Part shown: positions 20,486-30,968 of the stretch, piece after piece
Layout of the letters: every line of letters begins with the position of its first letter
How positions within the stretch are numbered: position 1 is the stretch's first letter
Assembly: GCA_964291295.2 (NCBI GenBank)
Contig: OZ219754.1
Coordinates: 1,888,001-1,952,000, forward strand
Direction: 5' to 3'
Length of the DNA stretch: 64,000 nucleotides
From: an uncultured Candidatus Binatia bacterium
Lineage (GTDB): Bacteria > Desulfobacterota > Binatia > UBA9968 > JAJDTQ01
Program-made: the position numbers and the translations under genes
Notes under the pieces: model-generated
Told to the model about the DNA's origin: nothing
The model's input: only the letters and a program-made list of their open reading frames with translations
The model's database searches: none

Positions 20486-20551
20486 GTCCGCGGCGGCAGC
20501 TTCTCCAGGCGCCGCCGTCTCCGGGACACGCTCACGCAGTGACCGGTGCGG

Positions 20552-22072
20552 TCAGCCGCCCTGGGCGGCTGACCGCCTCCCAAGCATACCCAGACCGGCA
20601 CGGATGGAAGGCAGGAAGATGAGGACGACGGCGAAGACCAGCAACGCCAGCGTCATGGGCCGCTGCCACATGAAACCGATGCCGTCGGTCAGATTCATGG
20701 CGCGCGCGAAGTTGTCTTCCAGCAACGGCCCGAGAATGAACCCGATGAGCATGGGCGCCAGCGGGAAGCCGGCCATGCGCATGACCGTGGCGACGATCCC
20801 CATCCCGGTCAACAGCAGCAGTTCGGTGGCGTTGTTCTGGCCGATGTAGCTGCCCATCATGGTGAAGAAGAGGATGAAGGGGATCAGGTAGTTGCGGGGA
20901 ATCTCCAGCAGCCTGGCGATATAGGGGATCAACGGCAGATTGAGGATCAGCAGCACCACGTTGCCGAGGTACATGGAGATGATCACCGCCCAGAAGACGG
21001 AGGGGTTGTCCACCATCAGGCGCGGCCCGGGCGAGACGTTCAGCGCGATCAGCGCGCCCAGCAGGATCGCGGTGGTGCCCGATCCCGGAATGCCCAGCGT
21101 GAGCAGTGGCACGAAGGAGCCGGTGCAGGCCGCGTTGTTGGCGGTCTCCGGCGCGGCGAGGCCCTTGATCGATCCCTTCCCGAACCTGGCGCGCTCCGCC
21201 CCCCTGGCGATGTTGCGCTCGACCGCGTAGCCGAGAAACGATGCGATGGTCGCCCCCGCCCCCGGCATGACCCCGACGAAGAAACCCTGGAGCGACTGGC
21301 GGGCGATGACGGGGGCGATCTCCCGGGCCTCGTCACGGGTGATGCGCAGGTTCGAGATCCTGCCGCCGTCCGCTCCGTCCTGCTGCGAACGCCTGGGGTT
21401 GAGCACCAGGTAGAGGGCCTCGGGCAAGGCGAACAGGGCCATGGCCAGGGTAATGAAGCTCATGCCGCTCTGCAGATCCTGAATGCCCATGGTAAAGCGG
21501 GGCGCATTGAACAGGGCGCTTTCGCCGACGGTGGCGAGCATCACGCCGAGGACGGTCATCATCAGCGCCTTGGCCACTTGGCCCGAACCCGCAAAGGCGG
21601 CGATGGCGGCGAGGCCCACCACCATCAGCGCGAAGTATTCCGCGGAGTGGAACAGCAGGGCGACCGTGGCCAGCCCGGGCGCGAAACCCATGAGCAGGAG
21701 GGCGCCGATGGTGCCCCCGGAAAAGGAGCCGATGGCGGCAATGGTCAGCGCCTTGCCGGCCTGCCCCTGGCGCGCCAGCGGATAGCCGTCGAAGGCGGTG
21801 GCCACGGTGCCGGCGACACCGGGCGCGTTGATCAGGATGGAGGACGTGGAACCGCCGAAGATGGCCCCGTAGTAGACCCCCGCCAGCAGGATCAGCGCAG
21901 CCGCCGGATCACCGATCTGTATCGCCACCGGGATCATGATGGCGATGATGGACATGGGGCCCAAGCCCGGCAGCATGCCGATGAAGGTGCCGATGAGGCA
22001 CCCGGCGATGACCATGAAGAGGTTCTGGAGACTGAAGGCGGTGGACAGACCGGCCAGGATTCCTTCAACCAT
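20552..22072 (-). CDS. tctA: Tripartite tricarboxylate transporter permease TctA
   Basis: GMLPGLG, YYGAIFGGS..SILIN.PG, DGYPLA, PETANNA, LGIPG. Confidence 0.93.
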   Translation of the reverse strand: MVEGILAGLSTAFSLQNLFMVIAGCLIGTFIGMLPGLGPMSIIAIMIPVAIQIGDPAAALILLAGVYYGAIFGGSTSSILINAPGVAGTVATAFDGYPLARQGQAGKALTIAAIGSFSGGTIGALLLMGFAPGLATVALLFHSAEYFALMVVGLAAIAAFAGSGQVAKALMMTVLGVMLATVGESALFNAPRFTMGIQDLQSGMSFITLAMALFALPEALYLVLNPRRSQQDGADGGRISNLRITRDEAREIAPVIARQSLQGFFVGVMPGAGATIASFLGYAVERNIARGAERARFGKGSIKGLAAPETANNAACTGSFVPLLTLGIPGSGTTAILLGALIALNVSPGPRLMVDNPSVFWAVIISMYLGNVVLLILNLPLIPYIARLLEIPRNYLIPFILFFTMMGSYIGQNNATELLLLTGMGIVATVMRMAGFPLAPMLIGFILGPLLEDNFARAMNLTDGIGFMWQRPMTLALLVFAVVLIFLPSIRAGLGMLGRRSAAQGG

Positions 22073-22078
22073 GTCGGC

Positions 22079-22564
22079 CTACAGAAACCAGGGCCAGGGG
22101 CGGAGGAAGATGCCGAGCACCTCCTGCACCAAGTACCAGACCATCCACGCGGCCAGCACCGACACCGGAACCAGCACGGCGTAGCGCCTCTCGCCGAGAA
22201 TCGCCGCGCCCAGCGCCAGAAAGAGGGTCGTGGTGAGGACGAATCCGGCGGGTCGAAGCAGCAGCGCGTAGGCGGTCATGAGCACCAGCAGCAGGATCGC
22301 CTGGCCGAGCTTGTACTGCCGCAGGTTGCCGGCGTCGATGCCGTCGGGGTCGGCTTCTCCCCTGCGGCCGGGACCGGACTGGATCAGCACGGCCAGCCCC
22401 ACCAGCACGCCCAGAACGCTCAGCCACTTGGGCAGGACGTTGGGGAGAAAGGTCATGTTGCGTTCGAAGGGCAGGAGCGAGGCCTCCATGACCACGAAGG
22501 CCGTGTATCCGTAGACCAGGCACACGGTCACGAATATCAGCGCGATGGCGCGTTCGAGGTTCAC
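22079..22564 (-). CDS. tctB: Tripartite tricarboxylate transporter TctB
   Basis: About 4 TM helices, lies between tctC and tctA. Confidence 0.88.
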   Translation of the reverse strand: MNLERAIALIFVTVCLVYGYTAFVVMEASLLPFERNMTFLPNVLPKWLSVLGVLVGLAVLIQSGPGRRGEADPDGIDAGNLRQYKLGQAILLLVLMTAYALLLRPAGFVLTTTLFLALGAAILGERRYAVLVPVSVLAAWMVWYLVQEVLGIFLRPWPWFL

Positions 22565-22657
22565 GGGCCCACTCCTGTCCGTCTCTCGCCCGGCACGGAG
22601 GCGAGCAGCGAGGCGAACCGGGGCATCCCGAATGGGCGCCCCGGCGGCATGGAACTG

Positions 22658-23668
22658 CTACTTCAGGAAACCGAGCTGCTGCATCAGGGTCTTGATCACC
22701 TTCTCCTGGTTCTCCAGGAAGGCGACGAAGTCCTCGCCCGAATTGTGGATGTCGACCCAGCCGTTGCGGTCGCGCACGGCCTTCCATTCAGGTGTGGCAT
22801 ACATTGCGGCAAGGGCCTTTCGGTACAGTTCGGCCTTGTCCGCCGGCAATCCCGGAGCCGCGAAAAAGCCGCGCCAGTTGACGAACGCCGCGTCGTAGCC
22901 CTGCTCCTTCAGGGTCGGCGCATCCATGAACGCCGGAACCCGTTTTTCGGAGGTCACCGCGAGGATGCGCATCTCCCCGGCCTTGGCCAGTGCCACGGCC
23001 TCGGAGAAGCCGGTGGAACCGGCCGAGACTTCGCCGGACAGGATGGCCGCATTCAGCTTGCCGCCGGCGTCGTATGGGATGTACTTGACCTTGGTGGGAT
23101 CGGCTCCCGCCGCCTGGAAGGCCAGCGCCGCCACCAGATGGTCCATGCCTCCCGGCACCGAACCGCCGCCAACCGACACCTTCCGGGGGTCCTTCCTGTA
23201 GGCCGCGGCCAAGTCCGAGAAGCTCTCGTAGGGGCTGTTCTTGTCCGTGATGATCGCCGCGTAGTCGCCGATGGTGCCGGCGATCATGGTCAGGTCGCGG
23301 AAGTTGTGGGGGAAGCGTCCCACCAGCGAGCGGATGACGATGGGGGTGGAGTTGACCATCAAGGTGCCGTGGTTGGAGGCGGCGTTCTCGATGAGAAAGC
23401 CGATGGCCTTGCCGCCGCCGCCGCCGGACATGTTCTCGTACGAGGCCGAGCCGACGATGCCGGATCGGGTCAACGCCTCTCCGGTTCCGCGAGCGGTGCC
23501 GTCCCAGCCGCCGCCCGCGCCGCCGGGAATGAGGAAGTGGATCTTGTCCACCAGCCTGTCGGCCGAGTTGGCGGGGTTCGCGGCCAGGCCCAGCGCGACC
23601 GCGGCAACGGCGGCCACGCTGAAGCGCGTCAGAAAACGGGTTCGAGCCGGGGTTCGTGTCAGTGTCAT
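22658..23668 (-). CDS. tctC: TTT substrate-binding protein TctC
   Basis: IPGGAGGGWD.TAR, NMSGGGG, YIPYDAGG, NWRG. Confidence 0.92.
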   Translation of the reverse strand: MTLTRTPARTRFLTRFSVAAVAAVALGLAANPANSADRLVDKIHFLIPGGAGGGWDGTARGTGEALTRSGIVGSASYENMSGGGGGKAIGFLIENAASNHGTLMVNSTPIVIRSLVGRFPHNFRDLTMIAGTIGDYAAIITDKNSPYESFSDLAAAYRKDPRKVSVGGGSVPGGMDHLVAALAFQAAGADPTKVKYIPYDAGGKLNAAILSGEVSAGSTGFSEAVALAKAGEMRILAVTSEKRVPAFMDAPTLKEQGYDAAFVNWRGFFAAPGLPADKAELYRKALAAMYATPEWKAVRDRNGWVDIHNSGEDFVAFLENQEKVIKTLMQQLGFLK

Positions 23669-23856
23669 TGGGGCTGTCCTCCTGAATGTGAGATGTCGCA
23701 CTACCGTCTGATAACCAACCGCCGCCGTCCACGCAACCCTGCCGGGGCGGGAACTTTTCCTCCCGTCCCGGCGTCCTGTTCGGCGAAGCTTTCTTGTTGC
23801 CGTCGCATGACAAATGCGGTAGAGAGGCTGGATCGACAAACCGAGGAGGTGTCTCA

Positions 23857-24858
23857 ATGGATCGGAGAGTCCTTTTGTGGAGCCTGGTGCTGGCGGTGGT
23901 GCTGGCGTCGGGCGCGAATGCGTTCGCGCAGTGGAACATTTCGGTGGTGGGGTCGCCCGCGGGCGGCACGCTCCAGGTGAAGGCGGAGGGGATCGGCGAG
24001 GCCTTGCGCCGGGGCGTTTCCGGATCGAACGTCAGCGTGCCGACCTCCAGTCCCGGTGCAGGCCTGGCGCTCATCGGCACCGGCAAGGCGGAGGTGGCCG
24101 TGGGCGCTTCGGCGCGCATGGCGGTCAACGCGCTGCGGGGCAATGCGCCGTTCAAGAGAAAGTACGAGTTCAACCTGTTGGCTTTCTGGGGCGCGGACCT
24201 TTTCATGTTCGTGGCCACACCCAAGGCCGGTCTTGAGACCTTCGGCGACTACGTCTCCCGCAAGTCCAGGGACGGCATCTCGGTGGGTCCTCCGGGAAGC
24301 GGTTCGTACATGGTCTTCGACGACGTCGCCAAGGTGCATGGCACCAATTTCAAGGAGATGGAAGGCTGGGGCGCGAAGCTCCACTACCAGTACTCCGCTC
24401 CCTCCCTGGAACTCCTTCAGGACGGACAGATCGAGGGGCTGGGCGGCCTTTGGGGTCAACCGAGCGCCCGGATCGTGGATCTCACCAACAACCGCGAGAT
24501 GGTCTGGGTGGGCCTGGACAAGGAGTCCATCGACAAGCTCGGCGCGGAGTTCGGCTATGAGTACGTGAAGCTCGACAAACCCGGAGACTTCGGCTACGGC
24601 TACAAGTTCGTCAACAAGAAGCCGTTGCATACGGTGCGCATGGCCGACATCATCGCCATTCGTTCGGATCTGTCGGTGGATCAGGCTTACGCCATCACCA
24701 AGGCCATCTTCAGCAGCAACAAGTACCTGACGAGCGTGCATACGTCCTTCAAGGCGCTGACCGCGGCGAACACCATGGCCCTGGACAAGGCGTCGGGCGA
24801 TTTGAACCTTCACGAGGGCACCCGGAAGTACTTCCGCGAAATGGGCGCCATGAAGTAG
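23857..24858 (+). CDS. TAXI family TRAP substrate-binding protein
   Basis: Signal peptide, GS.GGT, VGPPGSGS, AY.ITKA, LHEG..KYFRE; GAGGAGG RBS. Confidence 0.85.
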   Translation: MDRRVLLWSLVLAVVLASGANAFAQWNISVVGSPAGGTLQVKAEGIGEALRRGVSGSNVSVPTSSPGAGLALIGTGKAEVAVGASARMAVNALRGNAPFKRKYEFNLLAFWGADLFMFVATPKAGLETFGDYVSRKSRDGISVGPPGSGSYMVFDDVAKVHGTNFKEMEGWGAKLHYQYSAPSLELLQDGQIEGLGGLWGQPSARIVDLTNNREMVWVGLDKESIDKLGAEFGYEYVKLDKPGDFGYGYKFVNKKPLHTVRMADIIAIRSDLSVDQAYAITKAIFSSNKYLTSVHTSFKALTAANTMALDKASGDLNLHEGTRKYFREMGAMK

Positions 24859-24941
24859 CGGCGCAGGGCGGCGGGCGCGGGAACCTCTGTCCCGCGTCCG
24901 CACCGCGACCCCGCACGGCCGCGGGGCCTGCGTGACCGCCC

Positions 24942-26897
24942 ATGACCGTTCTCATTCACATCATGTCTTTTCGGACCACGTTGGGCCGGGTGTACGAAGC
25001 GTACGCCGAAGGCAGCCGCAGGCAGTTCACCGGCGTGGCCGGCAAGCTCGTCCCGGGCTTCGCCATTCTCTACTCGCTCTACCACCTCTACGTCTTCGTC
25101 ATCGGCGTGGGCAAGCTCAATGTCTTCCAGCACCGGGCGACACACCTCCTGTGGCTCCTGGCGTTCGCTTTCATCGTCTACGCACCGGGGGCCAGGAAGA
25201 CGCGGGTGAGCTGGTGGGACTGGTTTCTGGCCGCCTTGTGCATCGCCATCTGGGGCTACATGATGCTCAACCTTGAGCGCATCACCCTGTGGCTGAGCCT
25301 CATCGACGAGCCGCCGCTGGCCGACCTGGTCTTTGGCAGCCTGCTCGTGCTGCTGGTGCTCGAGGGGGTGCGGCGGGTGTCCCGGATGCCGCTGGTGCTC
25401 GTCACCGTGGTCTTCCTGCTCTACATGTTCTGGGGAAACCTGCTCGGCGGCATCTGGTGGCATTCCGGCATGACCTTCGACCGCGTCGTCGACGTGCTGT
25501 TCCTGAGCCCCCAAGGCATGTGGGGCTCGCTGATGAACATTTCGGCCACCTACATCATCCTGTTCGTGCTGTTCGGCCAGTTGCTGCTGCACCTGGGCGG
25601 CGCCGCGTTCTTCGTGGACCTGGCGGATGCCGTGGCCGGACGCGCGCGCGGCGGGCCGGCCAAGGTGGCGGTGGTGGGGAGCGGCCTCTTCGGCACCATT
25701 TCCGGCAGCCAGATCGCCAACGTCGCCACCAGCGGTTCCTTCACCATTCCGATGATGAAGCGCGTCGGCTTCCGGCCGGAGTTTGCCGGCGCGGTGGAGT
25801 TGTCGGCCTCCATGGGCGGGATGTTCATGCCGCCGGTGATGGCGTCCACCGTGTTCCTGATGAGCGACATCAGCGGCATCCCCTACGTCGAGATCATCGT
25901 GGCGGCGTTCATTCCCGCCTGTCTCTATTTCTTCACGGTCTTCTGGCAGGTGCACATGGAGAGCGTGAAGATGGGAATCGTTTCCCCCACCGAGGGCCGG
26001 CGCACGGCGTGGGAGGTGCTCAGGGAGGACGGCCACTTCATCGCGCCGCTGGTGGTCATCGTCTGGGTGCTGCTGGAAGGCTATACGCCCATCCGGGCCG
26101 CGCTGGTGGCCATCGCGACGTTGCTGGTGGTTACGGCGCTCCGGAAGAAGGGGCGCAAGGATTTCTTCAAGAACGTCCTGAAGGGGCTCGAGACCGGGGC
26201 CACCACCTCCATCATCGTGGCGTTGCCCATCGCCGCGGGCGCCATCATGGTCACCGCCATCTCCGCCACCGGCCTCGGCGGCAAGTTCGGCTCCATGGTG
26301 ATGCTCTTCTCCGGGGGGTATCTGTTCCCGGCCCTGGTGATCGCCATGATCGCGTCGCTGGTGCTGGGGGCGCCGCTGTCGGTGGCCGCCACCTATATCC
26401 TGACCGCCATCATGATCGTGCCGGTGACCGTGCAGCTGGGCGTGCCGCCGCTGGCCGCGCACTTGTTCGCGGTCTACTTCGCCGTCATCGCGCCCATGTC
26501 TCCGCCGGCAGGCCCGGCCATGTTCCTGGCCGGTGGGCTGGCCGGTGCCAATCCCATGGTGGTGGGGCTCCTGGGCATTCGCCTGGCCATCGGTGCGTTC
26601 GTGCTGCCGTTCCTGTTCGTCTTCAATTCCGGACTGCTGATGCACGGGACCTTCCTGGAGATCCTGTTCGCCACCGCGGTGGCCGCGCTGGCGCTGTTCG
26701 CCCTGGCTGCGGGCTTCGAGGGCTGGATCTCCAGGGAAACCACGGCATGGGAACGCATCCTCCTGGTGGCGGGCGGTTTCACCATGATCTTTCCGGTCAC
26801 CCTGACCCTGGTGGCGGGCGCCGCCGCCGTGATACTGGCCATTGCCGCCCACCTGGTTCGGACCAAGGTGGTCCGGGTCTCGCCGGCGTCGTCTTGA
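24942..26897 (+). CDS. TRAP transporter fused 4TM/12TM permease
   Basis: GGPAKVAVV.S.LFGTISGS..ANV..SG.FTIPMMK, GG..MPPVM. Confidence 0.92.
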   Translation: MTVLIHIMSFRTTLGRVYEAYAEGSRRQFTGVAGKLVPGFAILYSLYHLYVFVIGVGKLNVFQHRATHLLWLLAFAFIVYAPGARKTRVSWWDWFLAALCIAIWGYMMLNLERITLWLSLIDEPPLADLVFGSLLVLLVLEGVRRVSRMPLVLVTVVFLLYMFWGNLLGGIWWHSGMTFDRVVDVLFLSPQGMWGSLMNISATYIILFVLFGQLLLHLGGAAFFVDLADAVAGRARGGPAKVAVVGSGLFGTISGSQIANVATSGSFTIPMMKRVGFRPEFAGAVELSASMGGMFMPPVMASTVFLMSDISGIPYVEIIVAAFIPACLYFFTVFWQVHMESVKMGIVSPTEGRRTAWEVLREDGHFIAPLVVIVWVLLEGYTPIRAALVAIATLLVVTALRKKGRKDFFKNVLKGLETGATTSIIVALPIAAGAIMVTAISATGLGGKFGSMVMLFSGGYLFPALVIAMIASLVLGAPLSVAATYILTAIMIVPVTVQLGVPPLAAHLFAVYFAVIAPMSPPAGPAMFLAGGLAGANPMVVGLLGIRLAIGAFVLPFLFVFNSGLLMHGTFLEILFATAVAALALFALAAGFEGWISRETTAWERILLVAGGFTMIFPVTLTLVAGAAAVILAIAAHLVRTKVVRVSPASS

Positions 26898-27034
26898 CGC
26901 GCGGCGGGCCGGACACTATTCTTGCACCCACGCGTGTTCCCGGAAGGCCGGCACACGCCGGCCACATTCGCACCGCCGTCCGCCGGCAGGGCGGAGCCTC
27001 CGGGCCGTCCGCCGCCACGATGAAAGGATGAGCC

Positions 27035-27415
27035 ATGCCCCGAGAGCAGATCGCCGTGGTTTCCGTTCCCGTGAGCGATCAGCAGGCCGCCAAGGCGTTC
27101 TACATGAACAAGCTGGGTTTCGAGCTGGTGGTGGAGGAGGAGATGCCCGACATGGACGACAACTGGATTCAGCTCAAGCCGGCCGCCGGCGAGGCGTCCA
27201 TCTCGCTGGTGACCTGGATTCCTTCGCTGTCCCCGGGCTCCCTGGACGGCGTCGTGGTGCGCACCGACGACATCGACGCCAGCCGGGCGCGGTTCGCCGA
27301 GCGGGGGGTGGAGATCACGGCGGTGACGGACGCGGAGTGGGGGCGGTGGGCCACCTTCCGCGATCTGGACGGCAACGGCTGGGTACTGGTGCAGTTGCCG
27401 GACCGTCCGGAGTAG
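27035..27415 (+). CDS. VOC/glyoxalase family protein
   Basis: VPVSDQ..AKAFY...LGF, WGRWATFRDLDGN. Confidence 0.88.
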   Translation: MPREQIAVVSVPVSDQQAAKAFYMNKLGFELVVEEEMPDMDDNWIQLKPAAGEASISLVTWIPSLSPGSLDGVVVRTDDIDASRARFAERGVEITAVTDAEWGRWATFRDLDGNGWVLVQLPDRPE

Positions 27416-27422
27416 CAGGGAG

Positions 27423-28046
27423 TTGTTGCCGGTGCGGACGGTACTGGCGGCGTTCCTGTTCGTGTGGGTGTCGGGTTGCTCCTATGCGCCGCCGCCGAAA
27501 CACCAGTCCGACCTCTGCCAGGTGTTCGCCCAGTATCCCGACTGGTACGACTACGCCCGGAAGTCCCAGCAGCAGTGGGGAACGCCGGTGCCTGTCCTCA
27601 TGGCCTTCGTGCGCCATGAGTCGAGCTACCGCAGCCACGCCAGGCCGCCCCGGCGCTGGCTCTGGTTCATCCCGCTGGGACGTCCGTCGTCGGCCCGGGG
27701 CTATGCCCAGGCCCTGAACCCGGTCTGGAGCGAGTACCAGGCGGAGCGGGGCCGGCTCTTCCGGAGCCGTTCGGACATGGAGGACGGCCTCGACTTCATC
27801 GGCTGGTACAACCACAAGACCTGGCGGCAGCTCGGCATCGCGCGCACCGATGCCAGGAACCTCTATCTCGCCTACCACGAAGGGCGCGGCGGCTACCGCC
27901 GCGGCACCTGGAAGAAGAAGCCGAAACTGCAGCGCATCGCCAGCAAGGTGGCCGCCACCGCCGCCCGGTACCGCTCCCAGCTCGCCCGCTGCGAGTCGCG
28001 TTTCCGCTGCGACTCCTGGTACCAGGTCTGGCCATTCTGCCGCTGA
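27423..28046 (+). CDS. Lytic transglycosylase SLT-like lipoprotein
   Basis: Lipobox VSGC, HESSY, SSARGYAQA, YLAYHEG.GGY. Confidence 0.85.
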   Translation: MLPVRTVLAAFLFVWVSGCSYAPPPKHQSDLCQVFAQYPDWYDYARKSQQQWGTPVPVLMAFVRHESSYRSHARPPRRWLWFIPLGRPSSARGYAQALNPVWSEYQAERGRLFRSRSDMEDGLDFIGWYNHKTWRQLGIARTDARNLYLAYHEGRGGYRRGTWKKKPKLQRIASKVAATAARYRSQLARCESRFRCDSWYQVWPFCR

Positions 28047-28264
28047 TCGGGCGCGCGGGCCGCTCCCCGTCGCCGGCGGTCCCGTGCACCCTTGGGCGAT
28101 TCCGGTACGGCCCATGATTCTACGCTCCGTCCTTTCCCCGGAAGCGGGAACCGGGCCGCGTGGAGCCCGGGCCGCCGCGACAACCCCTTGAAAGGGAGCC
28201 GCCGCTGTCATAGAGTGCGGTCGCTCATCGGCATGCGATGAAGAAAAAGAAAAGGAGTGGTGAC

Positions 28265-29281
28265 ATGAAGCGGTCCAGGAACAAGTGGGCGGCGTGGCTT
28301 GCGGGCGGTATCGCAATTTTGGCGTCCGCCGTTGCCGGTGCGGCGGACATGACAGGCATCAGCGTGGGCAGGACAACCTCGGCGAGCGGATTCCACATCC
28401 CCTCGTACATTGCCATGGAACAGGGCATCTTCAAGAAGTACGGGTTGGACGCCAAGTACCGCAGCATGAGCGGCAAGGCCCTGCTCAACGCCGGCATCGC
28501 CAGGCAGATCGACTTCGTGCCGATACCCGGCGGCGGCTCCCAGGCGGCACTCAAGGGCGCCCCCATCACCTATCTGGTGGGGCAGTCGCTGATCTCCCAA
28601 TGGACCATCACCGCCCACGAGAGCATCAAGACGGTGAAGGACCTCAAGGGCAAGACCCTCGGCCTGGGACGGCCCGGCAGCGCCGACTATGACGAGGCCG
28701 ACATCGTGCTTTCCCGGCACTTCGGGATGGAGCCCGGACGCGACTACAAGGTGATCAGCTTCCGGGGCGAGGCCGAAAGGATCGCCGCCATGATCAACGG
28801 CGACATCGACGCCGGCCTGCTCACGTTTCCCCACGCCGCCAAGGCAAAGCTCGCCGGTTTCAATGTCATCCTGAAGACCGGCAAGTATCTGCCCCGTATC
28901 GGCGGCACCTTCTGGGTCCACAACGATTACCTCAAGGCCCATCGGGAGACGTCCAAGAGGTTCATCCTTGCCATCGCCGACGCCACCGAATACATGAGGA
29001 CCCACAAGGAAGGGTCCGTCGACGTGATCCAGAAATACTTCGCCATGAAGGATCGCCGGGAAGCCGAAGGCGTCTGGGTGGAAGTGTTCGACCAGTACGG
29101 CCCGGACCTGCCGGAAGCCCTGGTCCGAAGCCTGTTCGAGTCCCGCGTCAAGCGCATGGTCTCGAAGAACCTCTGGCCCAAGGACAAGCCCCTGCCGGAT
29201 GTCGAGCAGTTCGTCGCCAGAGAGCTGCTGACCGAGACCCTGCGGGAGCGGGGCTACTATCTGCAGCCGAAGCCGCTGTAG
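28265..29281 (+). CDS. NMT1/SsuA-type ABC substrate-binding protein
   Basis: Signal peptide, YIAMEQGIFKKYGLD, DLKGK.LG..RPGS, RIAAM..G.IDA. Confidence 0.88.
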   Translation: MKRSRNKWAAWLAGGIAILASAVAGAADMTGISVGRTTSASGFHIPSYIAMEQGIFKKYGLDAKYRSMSGKALLNAGIARQIDFVPIPGGGSQAALKGAPITYLVGQSLISQWTITAHESIKTVKDLKGKTLGLGRPGSADYDEADIVLSRHFGMEPGRDYKVISFRGEAERIAAMINGDIDAGLLTFPHAAKAKLAGFNVILKTGKYLPRIGGTFWVHNDYLKAHRETSKRFILAIADATEYMRTHKEGSVDVIQKYFAMKDRREAEGVWVEVFDQYGPDLPEALVRSLFESRVKRMVSKNLWPKDKPLPDVEQFVARELLTETLRERGYYLQPKPL

Positions 29282-29307
29282 ACAGGCGCGCCGATACCAA
29301 CCAGCCC

Positions 29308-29336
29308 CGATATCAGGCTCGATATCAGGCTCGATA
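29308..29336. repeat. 12-nt tandem duplication (cgatatcaggct) x2.4
   Basis: Read directly. Confidence 0.8.
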
Positions 29337-29338
29337 CG

Positions 29339-29370
29339 CCGGACGGGGGACACCGGCGTCCCCCGTCCGG
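29339..29370. terminator. Hairpin between convergent genes
   Basis: ccggacgggggac-accggc-gtcccccgtccgg, 13-bp perfect stem. Confidence 0.7.
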
Positions 29371-29393
29371 ACCTCGACCTTTCCGCAAGGCTG

Positions 29394-30194
29394 CTAGAAA
29401 GTCTTCACCTGCTCCGGCCGCCACCGGCTGAGCCGGTCCTCAAGTTTCTTGACCGCCAGGGTCATCACCAGGGAGATGGCCATGAACAGGATGAGGCCGG
29501 CGAAGACGACGTCCACGACATAGTTGCCGGCGGCCGCGGCCATGAGGTAGCCGATGCCCTGGTCGGAGCCGAAGAACTCTCCCACCACCACGCCCAGGAT
29601 GGCGCGGCCGATGGCGAGCCGCAGGCCGGCAATGATGTAGGGCAGCGAGTTGGGCAGCACCACGATCTTCATGATCTGCCATTCGCCGGCGCCGAAGGAG
29701 CGCACCACGTTGACGAGCACGCGGTCCACGTTCTTGACGCCCTCGTAGGTGTTGATGAGGAGCGGGAACATCGCGCCGATGAAGACGATCACGACCGTGG
29801 CCCAGATCCCGAAGCCGAACCAGAGCACCACCAGCGGCAGGAACACCAGGCGGGGGGTGGCGTTGAAGGCGGTGACGAAGGGGTCGAACATGGCGTTGAG
29901 CGTGTGGAAACGCCCCATGACCAGCCCCACGGGCAGCGCCACGAGGATGGACAGCGTCAGGCCGATGACGAACTCGCTGGCGCTGACGTAGAAGTGGAAC
30001 GCCGCCTCCCCCGAGGTGGCCATCTCCACCAGCTTGACGGCGATGTGGTATGGCGTCGTGAAGAAGAGCGCCAGCCCCTTGGGCAGCGTGACCAGCCGGG
30101 GCAGGATCTCCCAGGCCGCCAGGAACAGCACGATGAAGCCCCATCCCAGGATGGGCCCCTCATGCTCGCGGTACCGTGACAGGCAGCGGTTCAT
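29394..30194 (-). CDS. NitT/TauT ABC permease
   Basis: P.LV.LPL..LWFG.G, RSFGA...I...V.LP.SLP.I.AGLRL, GEFFG...GIG. Confidence 0.9.
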   Translation of the reverse strand: MNRCLSRYREHEGPILGWGFIVLFLAAWEILPRLVTLPKGLALFFTTPYHIAVKLVEMATSGEAAFHFYVSASEFVIGLTLSILVALPVGLVMGRFHTLNAMFDPFVTAFNATPRLVFLPLVVLWFGFGIWATVVIVFIGAMFPLLINTYEGVKNVDRVLVNVVRSFGAGEWQIMKIVVLPNSLPYIIAGLRLAIGRAILGVVVGEFFGSDQGIGYLMAAAAGNYVVDVVFAGLILFMAISLVMTLAVKKLEDRLSRWRPEQVKTF

Positions 30195-30967
30195 CGCGTG
30201 CGCCAGGGTGCGATGGCGAGTTCGGCCTTGCGCAGACCCTGGGTGAAGATCACGGCGATGACCATCAGCACCAGGATGCAGACGAACATCTGTGCCAATT
30301 GGTACATGTCGCCGTACCAGATCAGCGCGTGGCCGATGCCTTCGGAGGCGGCGTAGAACTCGCCGACAATGATGCCGACGATGCCCCGGCCGATGGCGAT
30401 CCGCGCTCCGGCCACGAGGTAGGGCAGGGTGCTCGGCAGGATGACCTTGAGGTAGAGGTCGCGCTCCCGTCCTCCCAGGGATCTGACGACGTTGACGAGC
30501 AGCGTGTCCACCGACCGGACGCCGGCGAAGGCGTTGAAGATGAACGGGAACACCGCGAGGAGAAAGATCAGGATGGTCTTGCCCTGGACGCCCACGCCGA
30601 ACATGACGATGAGAAGCGGGGCGAGGGCCACCAGCGGGCTGGCGTACAGGGCGGTGAGGAACGGGTCCAGGGCGAACGCCACCCGCCGCCGCCAGCCCAT
30701 CACCACCCCCAGCGGGATGCCCGCCGCCACCGCGGCCGCGAAGCCGAGGACGAAGGGCGTGCCGCTGACGTAAAGATCCTTCCAGAGTTCGCCGCTGAGG
30801 ATCAGGCCCCCGGCGGCCTCCCACATCAGGGATGGCTTGGTGATGAAGAACGGATTGAACGTGAAGGCGTAGGTCAGCAGGAACTCCCAGACCAGGAAGA
30901 AGCCCGCCACGGCGCCGAGTCCGAGCAGGAACCGCACACTGCGTTCCGACAGTCCCTTGAATCCCAT
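30191..30967 (-). CDS. NitT/TauT ABC permease
   Basis: SPLVALAPL, KVILPSTLP, IVGEFYAA.EGIG. Confidence 0.9.
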   Translation of the reverse strand: MGFKGLSERSVRFLLGLGAVAGFFLVWEFLLTYAFTFNPFFITKPSLMWEAAGGLILSGELWKDLYVSGTPFVLGFAAAVAAGIPLGVVMGWRRRVAFALDPFLTALYASPLVALAPLLIVMFGVGVQGKTILIFLLAVFPFIFNAFAGVRSVDTLLVNVVRSLGGRERDLYLKVILPSTLPYLVAGARIAIGRGIVGIIVGEFYAASEGIGHALIWYGDMYQLAQMFVCILVLMVIAVIFTQGLRKAELAIAPWRTR

Positions 30968-30968
30968 G